From NCBI GenBank assembly GCA_951406725.2, contig OX597816.1, positions 97,030,001-97,094,000 on the forward strand: 64,000 bases of DNA. The letters run 5' to 3'. Source of the DNA: Octopus vulgaris. Taxonomy: Eukaryota. Every line of letters starts with the position of its first letter. Within the stretch, counting starts at the first letter, position 1. Shown here piece after piece: positions 1 to 14,660 of this stretch. Below the pieces are notes generated by a model that saw only the letters and a list, made by a program, of their open reading frames with translations, ran no database searches and had not been told where the DNA came from. Position numbers and translations under genes: made by a program.

Positions 1-312
1 TCTAAAACTTTCCAAAAGTTTATCATTTAAATATATGTATGAGCATGTCTAGATATGTAACTCTGTGCATGAGAATGCATTCATAAAACATACAAATCTG
101 CACATACATAATACATACATACATACATACATACATACATACATACATACATACATACATACACACATACATACATACATACATACATACATACATACAT
201 ACATACGTACGTACATACATGCAAAAATACCCTGTGGTTGATGTTAAAATTCTAATGAAGGAACCTTGGATCTAGGCTAGAAACCAGTTCTTTCTCTATT
301 ACGCATTGTCAT
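1..312 (+). mobile_element. 3' end/3'UTR of R4/Dong-like RLE non-LTR retrotransposon
   Basis: 1-110 is the reverse complement of 2845-3010, the end of the RLE-coding relic. The module AAAAATACCCTG...CCTTGGATCTAGG..AGAAACC..TTCTTTCTCTATT recurs at 7557 and ~37460. Confidence 0.75.
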
Positions 313-856
313 ATACATCTCTATATATAAAACTGAAATGCGTTTTTACCGCTTGGATCGCTTTCAATGCCACTACATCCCGTCCGATTAGCTCCAAAAT
401 TTACAGGGACATGTAGAATGAGGTGACGAAGCTCGTGGGCTACCTTAGAAATCCCTATCTTAAAAGGTGTGGTTGCTAGGGGCCATCTTCCTCACTCACG
501 CTATTTCCTCCAATACCCTCTCACTCCTCTTCATATTTAACTTTGAGAATTCCACTACCGTTATTTAAAGTATCTGTCACTCTCGCTATTTCCTCTCTTT
601 TTCACTCACTCTATTTCTTAGCTTCCCATAACTTTTACTCATGTATCTGTCTGCATATATAGAGAGAAACAAATATTCCATCGCCATCGCCACCGCATTC
701 TATTGTCAACCTGTCAACGCGCTCACTCTCGCTATTTCCTCTCTGTTTCACTCACTCTGTTTCCATCACGTCGGTGTTCTTTGATGTATCTGTCTGTCTC
801 CAACAACACACGAGCATGAGAACAAATATTATGAATCAGATATTCTTGCGTTCATT

Positions 857-1225
857 TATATATGTGTGTGTGTGTGTGTTCTATATATAAATATGTATAT
901 ATAATGTATGTGTGTGTGTGTATGTTCTATATATAAATATATATATATAATGTATGTGTGTGTGTGTTCTATATATAAATATGTATATATAATGTACGTG
1001 TGTGTATGTGTGTATGTTCAATATTTAACTATGTATATATAATGTACGTGTGTGTGTGTGTTCTATATATAAATATGTATATATAATGTATGTATGTGTG
1101 TGTGTTCTATATATAAATATGTATATATAATGTATGTGTGTGTGTGTGTTCTATATATAAATATGTATATATAATGTATGTGTGTGTGTGTGTTTGTGTG
1201 TTCTATATATAAATATGTATATATA
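857..1225. repeat. ~40-bp minisatellite (GT)nTCTATATATAAATATGTATATATAATGTAT, about 8 units
   Basis: Tandem units visible directly inside Helitron copy 1; absent from copy 2. Confidence 0.85.
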
Positions 1226-1508
1226 CAAAGTGTATATATCTGTATTTATGTATATTAAACTTTTTCATACTTTTTCATAGTTATATATATGTTTAAACAA
1301 ATTATAAATATAATTTAATAATTTTTATTTTCAATTTCAATAATTTAAATTTTTCAATTTTATATTTTATATATTTTCTATATTATATTTTTTTTAATGT
1401 TTTTGTTTTTGGTTTTTCACTTTTTGATTTGCCTATTAGTAGTTTTATCTCTAATTTAATTTATACAGATATATATCTCATTTGTATACATTTGTATATA
1501 TAATGCGT

Positions 1509-1599
<91 letters not shown>

Positions 1600-2410
1600 G
1601 TGTGCATTACGTAGTCGGTCGATTCAGCTGAAAATATGCACACCTATGTTAAAAGTGCTGGCAAGTTTGCATGACAACTACTTTTTTCCTCAAATGAAAG
1701 GCGTCACCTCTAGGACAAAATTCCTCATCTTATAAAATGTGGCCCCAGTAGGCCCGAATGAAATCGGGTTATATTAACCAAAATGTGAAAAGGGGTCTAA
1801 ATGGGGCTGGAAGGGGATTAAAATTTCAAGGAGCGGGTGTTTAGGAATTCTCTGTTACATCAAGCTAAAAAATTTGCGCCAGCCTTTTAATCGTCAATGT
1901 ATTGCCGTCTATGATAAAGAAGTCTTGAATGGTTGCCATGGTGAGTCTACTGTCGTGAGAAAGAATCACTTCAAAACTAAGTGATTACGAATTTTCTTTT
2001 ACATCAAGTTCAAAATTTTACGCTAGCCGTTAAACTGTCAATACGTTGTTGTCCGTCGTTAAGAAATGCCAGCCATGGTGACTCTACTATCCTCAGATTC
2101 TATCCCTTCAAACTTTGGTTTCCAATATTTTATTATTTTTATTCAGCTCGCAAGTTCGTCTGTCCCTTTTAAATGTTAGCGTTTTGCTGTCTGCCTTGAA
2201 GCAGACCTTTCCGTTGTTACTGCCTGATATTTATGATTGATCTTTCTAAATATTTTATTTCTCAACTTACTCAAGATCTTCTGTTGTTTATAAATGGGAG
2301 AGAGATAGATAAAGATAGAGAGTAAGAGAAAGCGAGGGAGAGTCCGAGAGAAAAGAAAAGTAAGAGAGTGGGAAAGTGAGAGAGAAAGGAGAGAGAAACA
2401 AAGACGGAGA

Positions 2411-2720
2411 ATCATCATCATCATCATCGTTTAACGTCCGTTTTCCGTGCTAGCACGTGTTGGACTGTGTGACCGGGGTCTGGGAAGCCAGGAGGCTGCA
2501 CCAGACTCCAGTCTGATCTGGCAGTGTTTCTACAGGTGGATGACCTTCCTAACGCCAACCACTCTGTGAGTGTAGAGAGTGCTTTTTTCGTGCCGCCGGC
2601 ACAGGTGCCAAGGGGGGCTCGCAGCGGCAACGATCGGTTGGTGCTTTTTACCGCACAGAAGCATGTCAAGGCGGCGCTGCAATCGGCCACGTTCGGATAG
2701 TGCTTTTTACGTGCTGAAAG
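2411..2720 (-). mobile_element. SINE/LINE-tail fragment with (GAT)n tail carried inside the Helitron
   Basis: (CAT)n-CGTTTAACGTCCG...GGATGACCTTCCTAACGCCAACC; the same segment sits at the same internal position in copy 2 (~16480-16794). Confidence 0.6.
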
Positions 2721-2844
2721 GAAGCAACAGAAAGTAATAACCACACTCTTACCCGCGCGTAGAGCGGGTCACCTTCAGCTAGTCTTATATATAAATGGCA
2801 TTTTTGTTTTTCTGTCTGTCTGTCTGTTACCATCTTGCTGCCCG

Positions 2845-2903
2845 TGCAGATTTGTATGTTTTATGAATGCATTCTCATGCATAGAGTTAAATATCTAGAC
2901 ATG

Positions 2904-2983
<80 letters not shown>

Positions 2984-4270
2984 AATGATAAACTTTTGGA
3001 AAGTTTTAGAGATTTTTATAGTTCCATTGATGGATTGGATCTGTAGCCTTCGAATTAGCTTTCTCCTTTCTTATTTTGAGAAGCCTAATTTCTGAAGATT
3101 GGTATTTAGGCAGTGTTACATATCTCAGAGCCCCAATAATTACAGGTATAAACCTGAACTTGTAATCTGGATTGAGTAACTGTAGATTTCTCAACAGTTC
3201 AGAATATGTGATTTATTTTTCACTGATTTTCAGCTTTATGTTAACATCCGTTGGGCAGCTAATTTCCACAACTGTGCATAGGTGCTCTTCTCTACCCCAA
3301 ATCCTTATATCAAGTCTGTTGTGCTTACATTTTATTGAGGTCTTCACTGGTACATTCCACCAGTATTCTTTTTCATGATGAGTGGCTATGGCTTCTACCA
3401 TATTGTTTGTTTTTATTTCTTTGCCCTCAGAATTATCCTTCCAACGGATTTCATTATAAAGTGTCCTAGCTACAATGTCATGTCTCATCGGTAGATAACA
3501 CCGTGATGACATTTTCGGACACTACTTATGATGTGATTGATATCTTCAGTGTGAACTCCACAAAGTCTGCATCGGTTGTCACATTTTACGGCTTTTCCTG
3601 CATCTCTATCCTTTTGTGCAACAGGTACTTGTTTGATATTTCCTGTTCCTGGAATGCAAGCACATACCCTTGAAAGTGAGAGTTAGTAATCCGGTTATTC
3701 GTCCATGATAAACTGCTTTGATGATGGATGTTACTATCATCACTGAGCTTTCTACTAACATATACATGCATACTCTTCTGCTCATATAGGCTCATCCTTT
3801 CTTCTGATGATATGTTGTGGTAGAGTTGTGCGACTTCTTTGGGCATGTATTCTAGGTTATCAGACAAAGAGTGTTGCTCAAGGAACTGCCTTCCTATCTT
3901 ATGATGTTATCAGCTTCATGTATGCAAACGTGGTCAAGGGATTCACTTCGACGCTTGGTGGTTAAAAGATATGGTGCGACATTTAAAGGCATTTTGGATC
4001 GATGTTAAGCCTCTACCCGGCCTACCGTCTTGTTTACGTTTTAGGTAGAGGCGGTCTACATTTATGTGGAAATTATGTGTGCTTGTTAGTATTTTTCGGA
4101 TTTTCACATTAATGGCTCAGATCTTATCAAGCGTCCAATCAAGCAGCCCAAATGTTGGTATGAGTACTGGCATTGCAAACACATTCTGGGCCACTGTTTT
4201 ATTGAAAGCAAAAAGTTCTGAGGTCCAAATTTTCTTTATTCGGCCGTAATATTCTTAGTGTAATATTCTT
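2845..4270 (-). mobile_element. 5'-truncated, decayed R4/Dong-like LINE (RT C-terminus, CCHC region, restriction-like endonuclease)
   Basis: Peptides RHDIVARTLY, WWNVPVKTSIKCKHNRLDIRIW..CTVVEISCP, YKFRFIPVIIGAL and GYVLAFQEQEI match the RHD / PD-x-E RLE layout; frameshifted. Confidence 0.85.
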
Positions 4271-4924
4271 TATGTATGTATGTATGTATGTATGTATGTA
4301 TGTATGTATGTATGTATGTATGTATGTATGTATAAGAAATATCTGCTATGAATAACAGCACTAAAATCATATAATATAATGCATCTTGCGTATATGGAAA
4401 TAAAGTATTCAAAATCGATCGCGAAATAATTTATTCATATTGTTTGATTAGATCCACACAGATCTGGATTTGGGAAAGAGCTATTGGAATGGGAACAGTT
4501 ATAGTGAAATATGTTTGAGTAAGCTATTTCTTCGACATATTTATTACTGACAGGCGTTATTGACTTCTGAAAGTTGTTCTATGTAATAATTCAGATATAT
4601 TGTCAAGAATCCGAAAAGACGAGCGGTTGTCAGTTTCAACGAAATAGTCAATTCATAAATATTTCTTCTTTCGGAGAGCTAAACCTAAACTATTTAATAT
4701 TTTCTCTGTTCATAAAGTGTATATCCTATTATTTGCATTTTAAAGATTTTGCTATTTACTTTCTTTGGCACAGAAATGTTCCACTGGAAAGATCCCCTCC
4801 CCGCCCTTTGTGAAGTGTTAATATGCTAGAAATAGTTAAAATTTGTCTCTTACAATCTGTTTTTATCCTCTTCTGACAGGTTAAAAAGAATGTAGATTAC
4901 CAATTATTTTTATTGCATTCTATA

Positions 4925-5140
4925 AGGCGGCGAGCAGGCAAAATCGTTAGCATGCTTGACAAAAATTATTAGCGGCATTGCGTCTGTCTTCGTGTTATGA
5001 GTTCAAATTTTGTGCAGGTTGACTTTGCCTTTCATCTAATCTGGGTCGATAAAGTAAGTACCATTCGCGCACTCGGGTTAATATAATCGACTATCACTCT
5101 CTCAAAAAACTTCTACCTAGGCACCAAAATTCATAAGAAT
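4925..5140 (+). mobile_element. tRNA-derived SINE (Nin-domain-like family)
   Basis: GGCGGCGAGCAGGCAAAATCGTTAGC head, B-box-like GAGTTCAAATT, GACTTTGCCTTTCATC..GGGTCGATAAA core; homologous to 25433-25650 and 56205-56412. Confidence 0.75.
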
Positions 5141-5159
5141 GATGATTATTAGTATTTTT

Positions 5160-5520
5160 CCCCTCGGTTGTATGGAATCTAGCTGAGCTGCAATCCATAA
5201 AAGTTTCTTGGCTGCATTCAGAAAAGAGCCACTCAAACCTCTGGCTTACAGGCGTGCTGTTTACTCTCTCTGCCTTTACTTCTGTTCCTTGGAGTTGCCT
5301 GGCCTCAAACCATCCCGCTTAGACACCCTCGTCTCGCCCGTCGCATTGTTACTTTTAATGAATTCAACCGCCAGATACCTCATTCGTCATTCACCCAGTC
5401 TTTCTTTCTCAGAAAGTTGGATCTCTGGAGTTACCAAACTACTCATATCTTTTCTGCCAGTGTTGGCTTGTTAAGGTACAAAAACGAATGCGAATGGTAT
5501 CAACGTCACCTGTCTCTAAA
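5160..5520 (+). mobile_element. CR1/L2-group LINE 3' fragment
   Basis: PLAYRRAVYSLCLYF followed by a decayed SF...LW..P segment, typical of ORF2 C-termini. Confidence 0.55.
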
Positions 5521-5847
5521 CCAAACAAATAACAGGTAAAAAAAAAGGAGAGCTTATGTAACAAGTGTAGTGGACTGTCTGGCCATCCAGTTATGCTATT
5601 ACGCCGACGGCTGAGATGAGGTGATTTGACATTTTAAAATAAAACTACGTATATCATGATTGTTAGCTATAAATATACAAATACTCGTCTGGTGTACTTG
5701 AAATATCGGAGAATTTTAATTTAATTTCCAATCAAATAGAAATAATATTTCGATTCAACATTTCCAGATGGCTATGACTTCAACGAAAGACAATTTTTTT
5801 AGACGTCCACTAGAGTAGCATAAGAATATATTCATATTTATCGCTAA

Positions 5848-5896
<49 letters not shown>

Positions 5897-6442
5897 TGTA
5901 TGGGGTTTTAAAAGGTCAAATGAATAACGAGAAAAACATTCCAAATCATACGCTATAAACTATATTGGTTCTAAACTGTGTGATAAGGCATATACACTGA
6001 TATTGCATCAAAGTAAGATATAAAAAGTATCAATATCAGCACAAATGCTTTATTGATTTTGCTGTAGTATTGGTTGGATTTTGATGTTGTTCTTCTTATT
6101 GTTGCTGTGTTGTCCCGAGGGAGAGCTGACGAGCTTAGTAATGAAGCTTGAGCAGTTCGAAATATCTAGCATATTTTTCGACCTTTCTCTAATGAAAAGA
6201 AATTTATCAAGACTTAGGTGATGAACAAGGGCGATGAGCAGATGGCTTTTGGCTAGCCGCATGTAGGTACTTAGATTGATAGATATCAAGGCACCATTGC
6301 CTCGAATGATCCTGGGGATCTTGAGCAACGTTGGTTACAAGATGCTTCCTCGTTTGTTCCTGCATGCCCTAGAGATAATGCCACCACCTACAGTGAGGCG
6401 GTGGTTACAGTGAACAAACCCCAAATCGAGAGGTGATTTGAA

Positions 6443-6529
<87 letters not shown>

Positions 6530-6818
6530 ATTCTCCTTCATATCTTCTATTTCTTTCCGGTTTAATTTGTTTACAGTTGCCTGACATCTTTCTCACTCTC
6601 CTTTTCTATCTCTTTATCTCTCTCTCTCTTTCTCTCTAACTTTTTGCATTATACATATATATAAGTGTATATGTGCATGGTGCGTGTGTGTGTGTGGTGA
6701 GTATGCATGTGTGTGTGTGCGCATGCGCATGCGCTTGTGTGTGTTTATGTGTGTGTGTGTGTGTGTGTGTCTGTATACATACATACATATAAATATAAAT
6801 AAATAAATAAATAAATAA

Positions 6819-6880
<62 letters not shown>

Positions 6881-7556
6881 AAACGTTTGGCCGAATTTGG
6901 TTGACCCAATGAAATTTTTCTTTGAATTCTGTGTTAGGTGTTTCTGCTAATTATGCTGTGAATCAAAGAAACAATTTATTTTCAATAAATGAATATCTCT
7001 CCAAGTGTTATACAGGGACGATTAGCCAAAAATAATATTCAGTGACTTATTTCCCTTGCTATAAGGCCTTTGTTACTATTTTAAGTGCATTGCGACAAAA
7101 CATAGTAAGAAGCAAATTAGGAGATATATGTTTAAAACATATCGTCAAGAAGGTGAGTGAAACTGACACTAACGCTGCAACTCTGTTCTGACAAGTCCAT
7201 ATTCTGAATATCATGATATTTAACTGTTTCATAAAGTGACTAGTTTGTTTCGGACAAAGGAATCTTACACAAATATCATATATAAATGTCATTTTTAAGT
7301 TTATTCCAACAAATTATCTATAGGATTCAGAGTAAGCACTAGATTCTAGAGTTTGTAGAAATAAATGTAAAAATGAGAGCATCGCATTGCTAACATAAGA
7401 TATTGCTTTTAAAACTTTTATATGATTGGTAGTTTATAATGGTTGCAAAACGAAATACTGTGTTCTTGCGAGCAATTAATATGAGTGTACATACACATAC
7501 ATACATACATACATACATACATACATACATACATACATACATACATACATACATAC

Positions 7557-7668
7557 AAAAATACCTTGTTGTTAATGATGAAATTCCAATGAGGGAGCCT
7601 TGGATCTAAGTTAGAAACCGGCTCTTTCTTTATTGGCGAGAAATCTTGGAATAAAACTGAACAATGTC
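7557..7668 (+). mobile_element. Short 3'-terminal copy of the R4/Dong-like element
   Basis: Matches 224-300 and ~37460-37570; (TACA)n on both sides. Confidence 0.7.
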
Positions 7669-7717
7669 ATACATACATGCATATATATATGCATTCAAGT
7701 ATACATGAATGCATACA

Positions 7718-7753
<36 letters not shown>

Positions 7754-7784
7754 TATGTATGTATTTATGTGTATATCGTTTATC

Positions 7785-8140
7785 TTATGCTTGTTTTAGT
7801 CAGTTGACTGTAGCCAGTACTTATAATTTTATTTTAAGCCTGGTACTTTTTCTATCGGGTCTTTAGCCGAATTGTTTAGTTACGGGAATGTAAACACAAG
7901 AACATCGGTTGTCAAGCGGTGTATGTGGGGGGACAGACACAAAGTCACACACAGATACATACACACACACACGTATACAGCTGGCTTCTTTTAATTCCTG
8001 TCTATCCAATCCAGTCACAAAGCCTTGGTCCGTCCGAGGCTTTAGTAGAAGACACTTGCCCCAAGTGCCACACAATTGGACTGGACCTGGAATCACGTGG
8101 TTAGGAAGCAATCTTCTTACCACACATCCACGCCTGCACC
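7785..8140 (-). mobile_element. tRNA-derived SINE family A
   Basis: Reverse complement of the full-length copy at 46407-46819. Confidence 0.8.
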
Positions 8141-8679
8141 TATTAAGACAACATTCATTGTTACTATTTTTTCTTTTGAAAGTACGGTTTAACGAAGTTC
8201 CGGCTGCTGTTTCTTGCAGGTTACGATAAAGTGGCTCCCAATGAAGCAGTGAGGATCAATATAATCGACTATAATTGTATGCTAAACTTGTAGCCATGTA
8301 TCTATTAGAAATCAATACATACATGATTCTAGTATAAACTAATAGATTCGTTGACTGAATGATGGCACAGAATAATTATGTGCTTTTGAGATGAGTTTTA
8401 TAGTAGGAACGTTTGATATGATTTGCTTATCTATAAATCCATGTCCGTATGAATGTACAAAAACATTGATAGAGAAAAGATAAATGATATATTCATGTTG
8501 AATCTTATTTCTTTACGCTCTGTACACGCGCGCGCACGCACACATACACATACATACACACACACGTATGCACACTTATGGATAGGAATATCATAAACAT
8601 ATGTTTAATGATCATACAGTTTGGTTTTGTAAAAATAGTCTATCAACAGTGTTGATGTTTTTGTTGCATGCATGCTCTC

Positions 8680-9557
8680 TCCTTCTACCCCACTTTCTCT
8701 CTCTCGTTCTCTTCATACACACAGCCGGTGAGGTATTAGTGGTGTTAGTGTTGCTGGTTCTGCTTCAAGTTTCAAAAGGAGAAGCCTATCCACTGCCCGA
8801 AATTGTTGTTAGTTCAGCAACAGTACAAGCCATAAAGATGGAAGATAACACTTTGCTAGTAGAGTAAAAAAAAAAAAAAAAGTGAAATGTCTAAAAACGG
8901 TTGCTAAGAAAACAAGGGTAAAAAGTACAAGCTAGTAAACCACGACATATATCCACTATCAGGAAGTTTGTCTTACCCAGAAACATTAGAAATGAGATCG
9001 GCGGTTCTGCAAAGGTCATGCTCACTCCCACTACCTGCAAACTCAGCAAGCACTATAGGTAGAACCAATATGATGTATTAAACATGCCATGAACAAAGGA
9101 GTGAATTTTAAAAATATACTTCTGCTAGAAGAAAAATATTCCTGGGGGACAATCGAACGCGTTTTGTATAGTGACAACTTTCAATTGGACGCTGTGGAAG
9201 ATTAAGAACTAGAAATGCAACTACAGACAGGGTACGGATTTACATTTATCATAGTAATTGCTATAAGATTTGGGGTATAAAATTGACCTAGGCAAACTTG
9301 AACGAGAAAGAATAAGAAAGAATAACTAGAAATTTTAATCTATTATTTGGTAAAAACAGAGATAAACATTAGACTAAACACAAGCTTATAAATATTTAGA
9401 TATTAATCAACTAGAGTGCAAGACACATATATGAAATCAAGGGTTACGAAGAAATATTTCTTAAACATTAAAATAGATTTAAATGCGAAAAGAAACTAAT
9501 ATAATAAAACACGATAAAAGCCATTGATATTTACTTTACCAGACACAATAAAAAGTT

Positions 9558-9637
<80 letters not shown>

Positions 9638-10640
9638 TCATAATTATATTATTCTCAGTTGAAGTCGGAAAAAATTTACAAGACTTAACAGAAAGCGAAT
9701 CAATAAATATTATGATAAAAGTATATTAATCACAAATGGGACTTCAAAAGCCAAATAATATTACAGAAAAAATTGACTTTAGAACTATAAAATTATCACA
9801 TAAAGATCGACAGGTATCTAACATATATTTCTACAAAACTCGAACAAAGCTAAAAGCAGTCAACCTTCTAGAATGTCCACAAATACGGGACTAAAGAGTA
9901 ACCAGTATTTGTAAGGAGAAAGGAAAAGAAACAACAAAATGCCTTCAAAATATTAAAAATTAAAGATAAACATGGATCTACAGAAAACCTTTTCGGAATA
10001 TAGCCAATACGGAGACAAATAACCTCGGAGGAGAAATAAACCAAGAAAATTCACTATACTAGCTCTGAAGCGCAGGATTCAAAGTGGAGGTTGAGGAGAT
10101 TTGTAAAAAATATTTTGGCTTTGGCTGGTTAGTCTTAGCCAAGGGAAAATATATTTACACTTAGGGCCGTGTTAAAGTTTCCATGCACTGAAAATTATGT
10201 CAGCATTATGAAATATGTACAGGAAGTACAGGAAAGAAGTGAGATAAGATAATGACAAAGCGACAATATTCCAGGATATGTCACTACACATGCCAGGAGA
10301 TCAAGGCTAATTAACCGATTTTAGTTGCTGAAGAAAGAATGTCACCAAATCAAGGCAGTAGTCTAACAAGGAGGGTGTATTTTTTAAAAGTAATGGAGAA
10401 ATCATCAAAATAAAGAGGTCGGGCAGAATGGGGGCATTGAAAGCAGAAAGAATCCTTACAATAATTAGATGCCTTGGGATTGATTATGGAGATACAGATA
10501 AATGCATATAAAAGCCCTAAACATCGAGAAAATGTCATTGGACATATAATGAATGGAAGTACTTTTAATACGACAGAAAATATAAAGCAAAACGAAAACA
10601 TTATGAATGCCAAAGACGTATTTAGCTGCGCTTCGTTGTG
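8680..10640 (+). mobile_element. Highly decayed non-LTR retrotransposon 5' region (ORF1-like), tentative
   Basis: Pyrimidine-rich start, strongly A-biased body, degenerate knuckle-like SICKEKGKETTKC near 9905-9945; interrupted by (AAT)n. Confidence 0.3.
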
Positions 10641-12319
10641 CAGCGTAAATACGTAAAAAATATAGGACTACTGAAAATTGATAATTATAATATCTCAGTT
10701 TCATTAATATGAAAAAATTAAAGAAAAGTAATCGGGGGGAAAAAAACTGAAAATTTGTAATTATAACTGATGTTATCTCTACTATTACTCTCTTTGCTTC
10801 CATGCTTTCGTATTTTCCCTGTCATCTTTCTGTTGCTATCCCCTTCCCATACGCCTAGTTTTTTTTATCTATATTTTTTAGCTGCACAGTAACTAAAGTT
10901 TATATATTTAGTAGCAGACTGAATATGTCCAAAATGTTCTAATACATCATGGCTAAATTTGTAAGCTGTTTTGATTGAATTAGAATTATGAAAACATTAC
11001 CTCGAGCAAAACGATCGCTAATGGTCTTTACATGTATTTGTTTCTTACCAACTCCACCAGAATGCAAATTGAATTGAAGCTATGTAACTAAGGTAAAAGA
11101 CAGACAGTATTAGAGTCTTATGAATCTTGGAATTTCCTTTGTTGGAAAACTGACAGTTTGGTTCGAAGTATTCGATTTTCGACATTTTAGTATTTCCATT
11201 ACATAAAAGTGTTATCAACACACGGCCCTGTCAGGGTGAATAAGATTACAGTTCCCATTGAAGAACGCCGGCATTGGACTATTTTGACAGATTTAAAGCT
11301 TTCCACCTTTTTAACCCGATTGGATTTGACCGTTTTATTGAAAATAGTTCAATTTGCTATTATTTTAAGATAATGCTTTTGTGTTTGTATTCTATTTCCG
11401 TTAGTTAAAACCATCTGATCCTAGCATCATAGGTGTTTAAGAATTTAAAATAGTTAAATCAGTTCACAATTTACAAGAGACAACTATAAATTGTATCCCA
11501 GTTTATGTAGCTTTAAGGTGATCGGCTTCATGTCTGCATTCATAACACGACATGTTCATCGTAGATAATTTTGAGAAAAATATTCTTCCAAATGCAATAT
11601 GTGTATACAACGTCGTTGCTATTTACTGATTTCTACTGACCTAATCGCAGGATGATTCATAATGCAGAGTATGAGAGTGACAAAGGAGTGCTTATAACTT
11701 AATGTAGAAGAAATATCCTCTTGTTCGTCGATATTGACCTTTCATTTTCATTCCGATGTTTGTAGTATCCTTCACCAATATACATCGTAACATGAAATTA
11801 AGTGTATAATAGAAGAAACACGTTTTTCCCCTCAAATATAATTTCTACTGCTTTTGAAATGCACGATGTATGAAACGTGTGCTCAATATTCAACGCCTGA
11901 ATCGTTTTGTCATTCATTATAAAGTAACAGGATGTTTTAAGGGCATGTGTGAGTTGTTGAAATTCCTGTTTAAAATCATATCACGTTGAGACCTTATCAA
12001 TATTAGACTCAATTTTGGGGTAAATGTGCACTGGACGGTTCAGCGTGGTATTCAACCGATATTTAAGAAATATATTTCGTTAGAGAAAAGAGATGTGGAG
12101 TATGGAATGTTCGTATCTTTTTTTTTTCAGGAGAGTAGTGATTGTTAGTGAAATGGAATAACTCCGACTCGAATACTTTCTTTCAACTCATTTCTCTGCT
12201 ATGGTACCCATACTCAATATTTTATGAAAAAATAATGATCGCAATATGTGAACAAAATAGATTAGTTTCTTTTTAAACATGTCTTAATAACTCTATAATA
12301 CATATTCGCATGCGTTCTC

Positions 12320-12635
12320 TTTTTACTTGTTTCAGTCATTTGACTGCGGTCATGCTGGTGCACCGCTTTTAATCGAGCAACTCGACCCCAGGACTTATTC
12401 TTTGTAAGCCCAGTACTTATTCTATCGGTCTCTTTTGCCGAACCGCTAAGTGACGGGGACATAAACACACCAGCATCGGTTGTCAAGCAATGCTAGGGGA
12501 CAAACACAGACACACAAACATACATGCACATACATATATATACATATATACGACGGGCTTCTTTCAGTTTCCGTATACCAAATCCACCCACAGGCTTTGG
12601 TCGGCCCGAGGCTATAGTAGAAGACATTTGCCCAA
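12320..12635 (-). mobile_element. SINE family A, 5'-truncated
   Basis: Reverse complement of ~46490-46805. Confidence 0.85.
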
Positions 12636-13119
12636 ACATACAAGCACGTAATAATAACATTCTGTAAAATATTATGCAAGACGAGTTTTCCAGTTATTCG
12701 ATCACTGGAATTAAAATTCATTGAATTACTTATGAAGAAGTTGCGTATTCCATTCATGCATTTACTCTTAGTATAATCCATCCATAGAATGACTAACTTT
12801 TATTACTTGGGCTCTTGTAATATAGGTTTAGACAATCTGACGAGCTTCTACACAGTTTTCGTGTCGCAAATTTTATTTATAGCATCTTTATCAATTCGGG
12901 ACTGTGGTGGAAGACGCTCATAGGATTGAAAGCTGAATCCCCTGCTGCGAATCGAACTTTTTAGCCATAGCATGAAACTGCAAAGTTATCATCTTTTAGA
13001 AACAAGAAATTTTCCTACCTACGCTTTACCTGCCTATGATAATTATGTTAAATGCCTTCCCGAACCTGGAAACATTTCCGGCAGCGACTTGTAGTAGTAT
13101 TTAATAATTCATTCTTAAA

Positions 13120-13187
<68 letters not shown>

Positions 13188-13216
13188 ATATATATATATA
13201 TTGGTCGAGTTAGTCT

Positions 13217-13264
13217 CTTGCTACTCTGAGTTTCACCTGTAGGTGCACAAGGGCTTCAGACAAG
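13217..13264 (-). ncRNA. Type I hammerhead ribozyme relic (A9C)
   Basis: Minus: CTTGT-CTGAAGC-cctTGTgcacctACAggt-GAAA-CTCAGAG-TA^GCAAG. Stem I CTTGT/GCAAG, stem III ACTC-A-GAGT; next to (TA)n. Confidence 0.6.
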
Positions 13265-13432
13265 TTATAACTGGAAATTTATGGGGCTTGCATACTTTTA
13301 TATAGCTTTCTAGTCATAGTGTGTTGGAAAGTATAATAAAGTGGGTGAAGTGGAAGAAAACAAGGAAGAAAGAAAGAGGAGAATGAATAGAGAATAAGAG
13401 AAATAAAAGGAAAAGAAATATAAAAGAAGTGT

Positions 13433-13474
<42 letters not shown>

Positions 13475-13794
13475 CACGCACACACGCACACATACGCAAG
13501 CATGCACACATACGCAAGCATGCACACATACGCATATGATAGTCTCTCGTAGTCTGCGAAAGATGTTCCTGCAATTTCTTGCTGAACAATCTGCACAAAT
13601 GAGTTACTATAGTGATCAAATGTTCGTGCTGTACTTCCTTCATCAAATCGAAGTTGCCTCAACAGGTGCATAGTCCATCACACGTCAGGCGTCGAAATGA
13701 TCGCAGAGCAACTTGAGATGAAGTGTTTTGTTGAAGGACACAATGCACAAATGGGTGCAAGGATTGAACTAAACCTCTCACCTCTCCATGCTGG

Positions 13795-14660
13795 TAGTTT
13801 ATTCCATGCTTCAATAATTCCGAGCGTGAAGAAATGTTTCCGAAAGCCATGGGTGCTGTGTTGTTTTTTTATTTTATAAGCATGTCCGCGAGTTTTTGAC
13901 ATGCGGGACTCAAAAAGGTGCCCAAGGTTGTTATTGAAAAGATGGATAATTTGGTTGGTGTCTACCAAGTCAGTCGCCAGATGTCTGAGCTTCAATGTGT
14001 CCATGCCCAGGGAAGCAAGACGTTCAGAGCATGGTAGATGCCTAACGGCGGGTTTTCGTTTTGTTGCCCGTTTCTGAACAGTTTCCAAGGGATATATATG
14101 CTGAGCAAGATAGGGGTTCCTGACTGCTGATGCAAATTCTAAGTGTAGACTACCATTGTCATTCGCAATTCTAAATAGATACCTGGATAGCGGCTGAAAA
14201 AGGTCTTACTGAGTGATGCTAGGATACCCTTAGCCTTCTTTACAATCATAGATATGTAGCTTGTCCAACGCAGATAGCTGTTTACAATAATGCCCAGATC
14301 ACGTTCCCTAGAGACTTCTTGAGATTGGTGTTGCTGAGGGAGTATGTAGAATTTGGATTTTTCCTCCCAAAACGCACTTGTCCACTGCTAGCTTGATTTG
14401 CAAGTCAAAGATCCATTGCTGCATTGTGTCCAGGTCTGATTGCAGGAAAGATCTAAAGCGCATAGGATATCTTTTTCTTTATTTCGAGGTACAACTTGAT
14501 GTCATCTGAATATTTCAACACTTAGCTCCTGAAGTTGGCACCTATATCATTAATATATGCAATAAGTAGTAGGAGTCTAAGAACGGATCCCTGTGGTACA
14601 CTAGAAGTCATCTAGGGTGAAGAATGATGTACTAGAATCGTGACTACCTCTTTTCAGCCA
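13795..14660 (-). mobile_element. CR1-like LINE RT fragment
   Basis: VPQGSVL, YSDDIKL, ETVQKRATK, TRGHAYK and FFTLGIIEAWNKLP motifs; stops and frameshifts. Confidence 0.85.

Larger units (their letters stand above)
318..2782 (+). mobile_element. Non-autonomous Helitron, copy 1
   Basis: 5' A|TC(TC)TATATATAAAACTG; 3' hairpin ACCCGCGCGTAGAGCGGGT then CACCTTCAGCTAG|T. No TSD or TIR. Both end modules match the inverted copy at 16415-18298. Confidence 0.8.
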
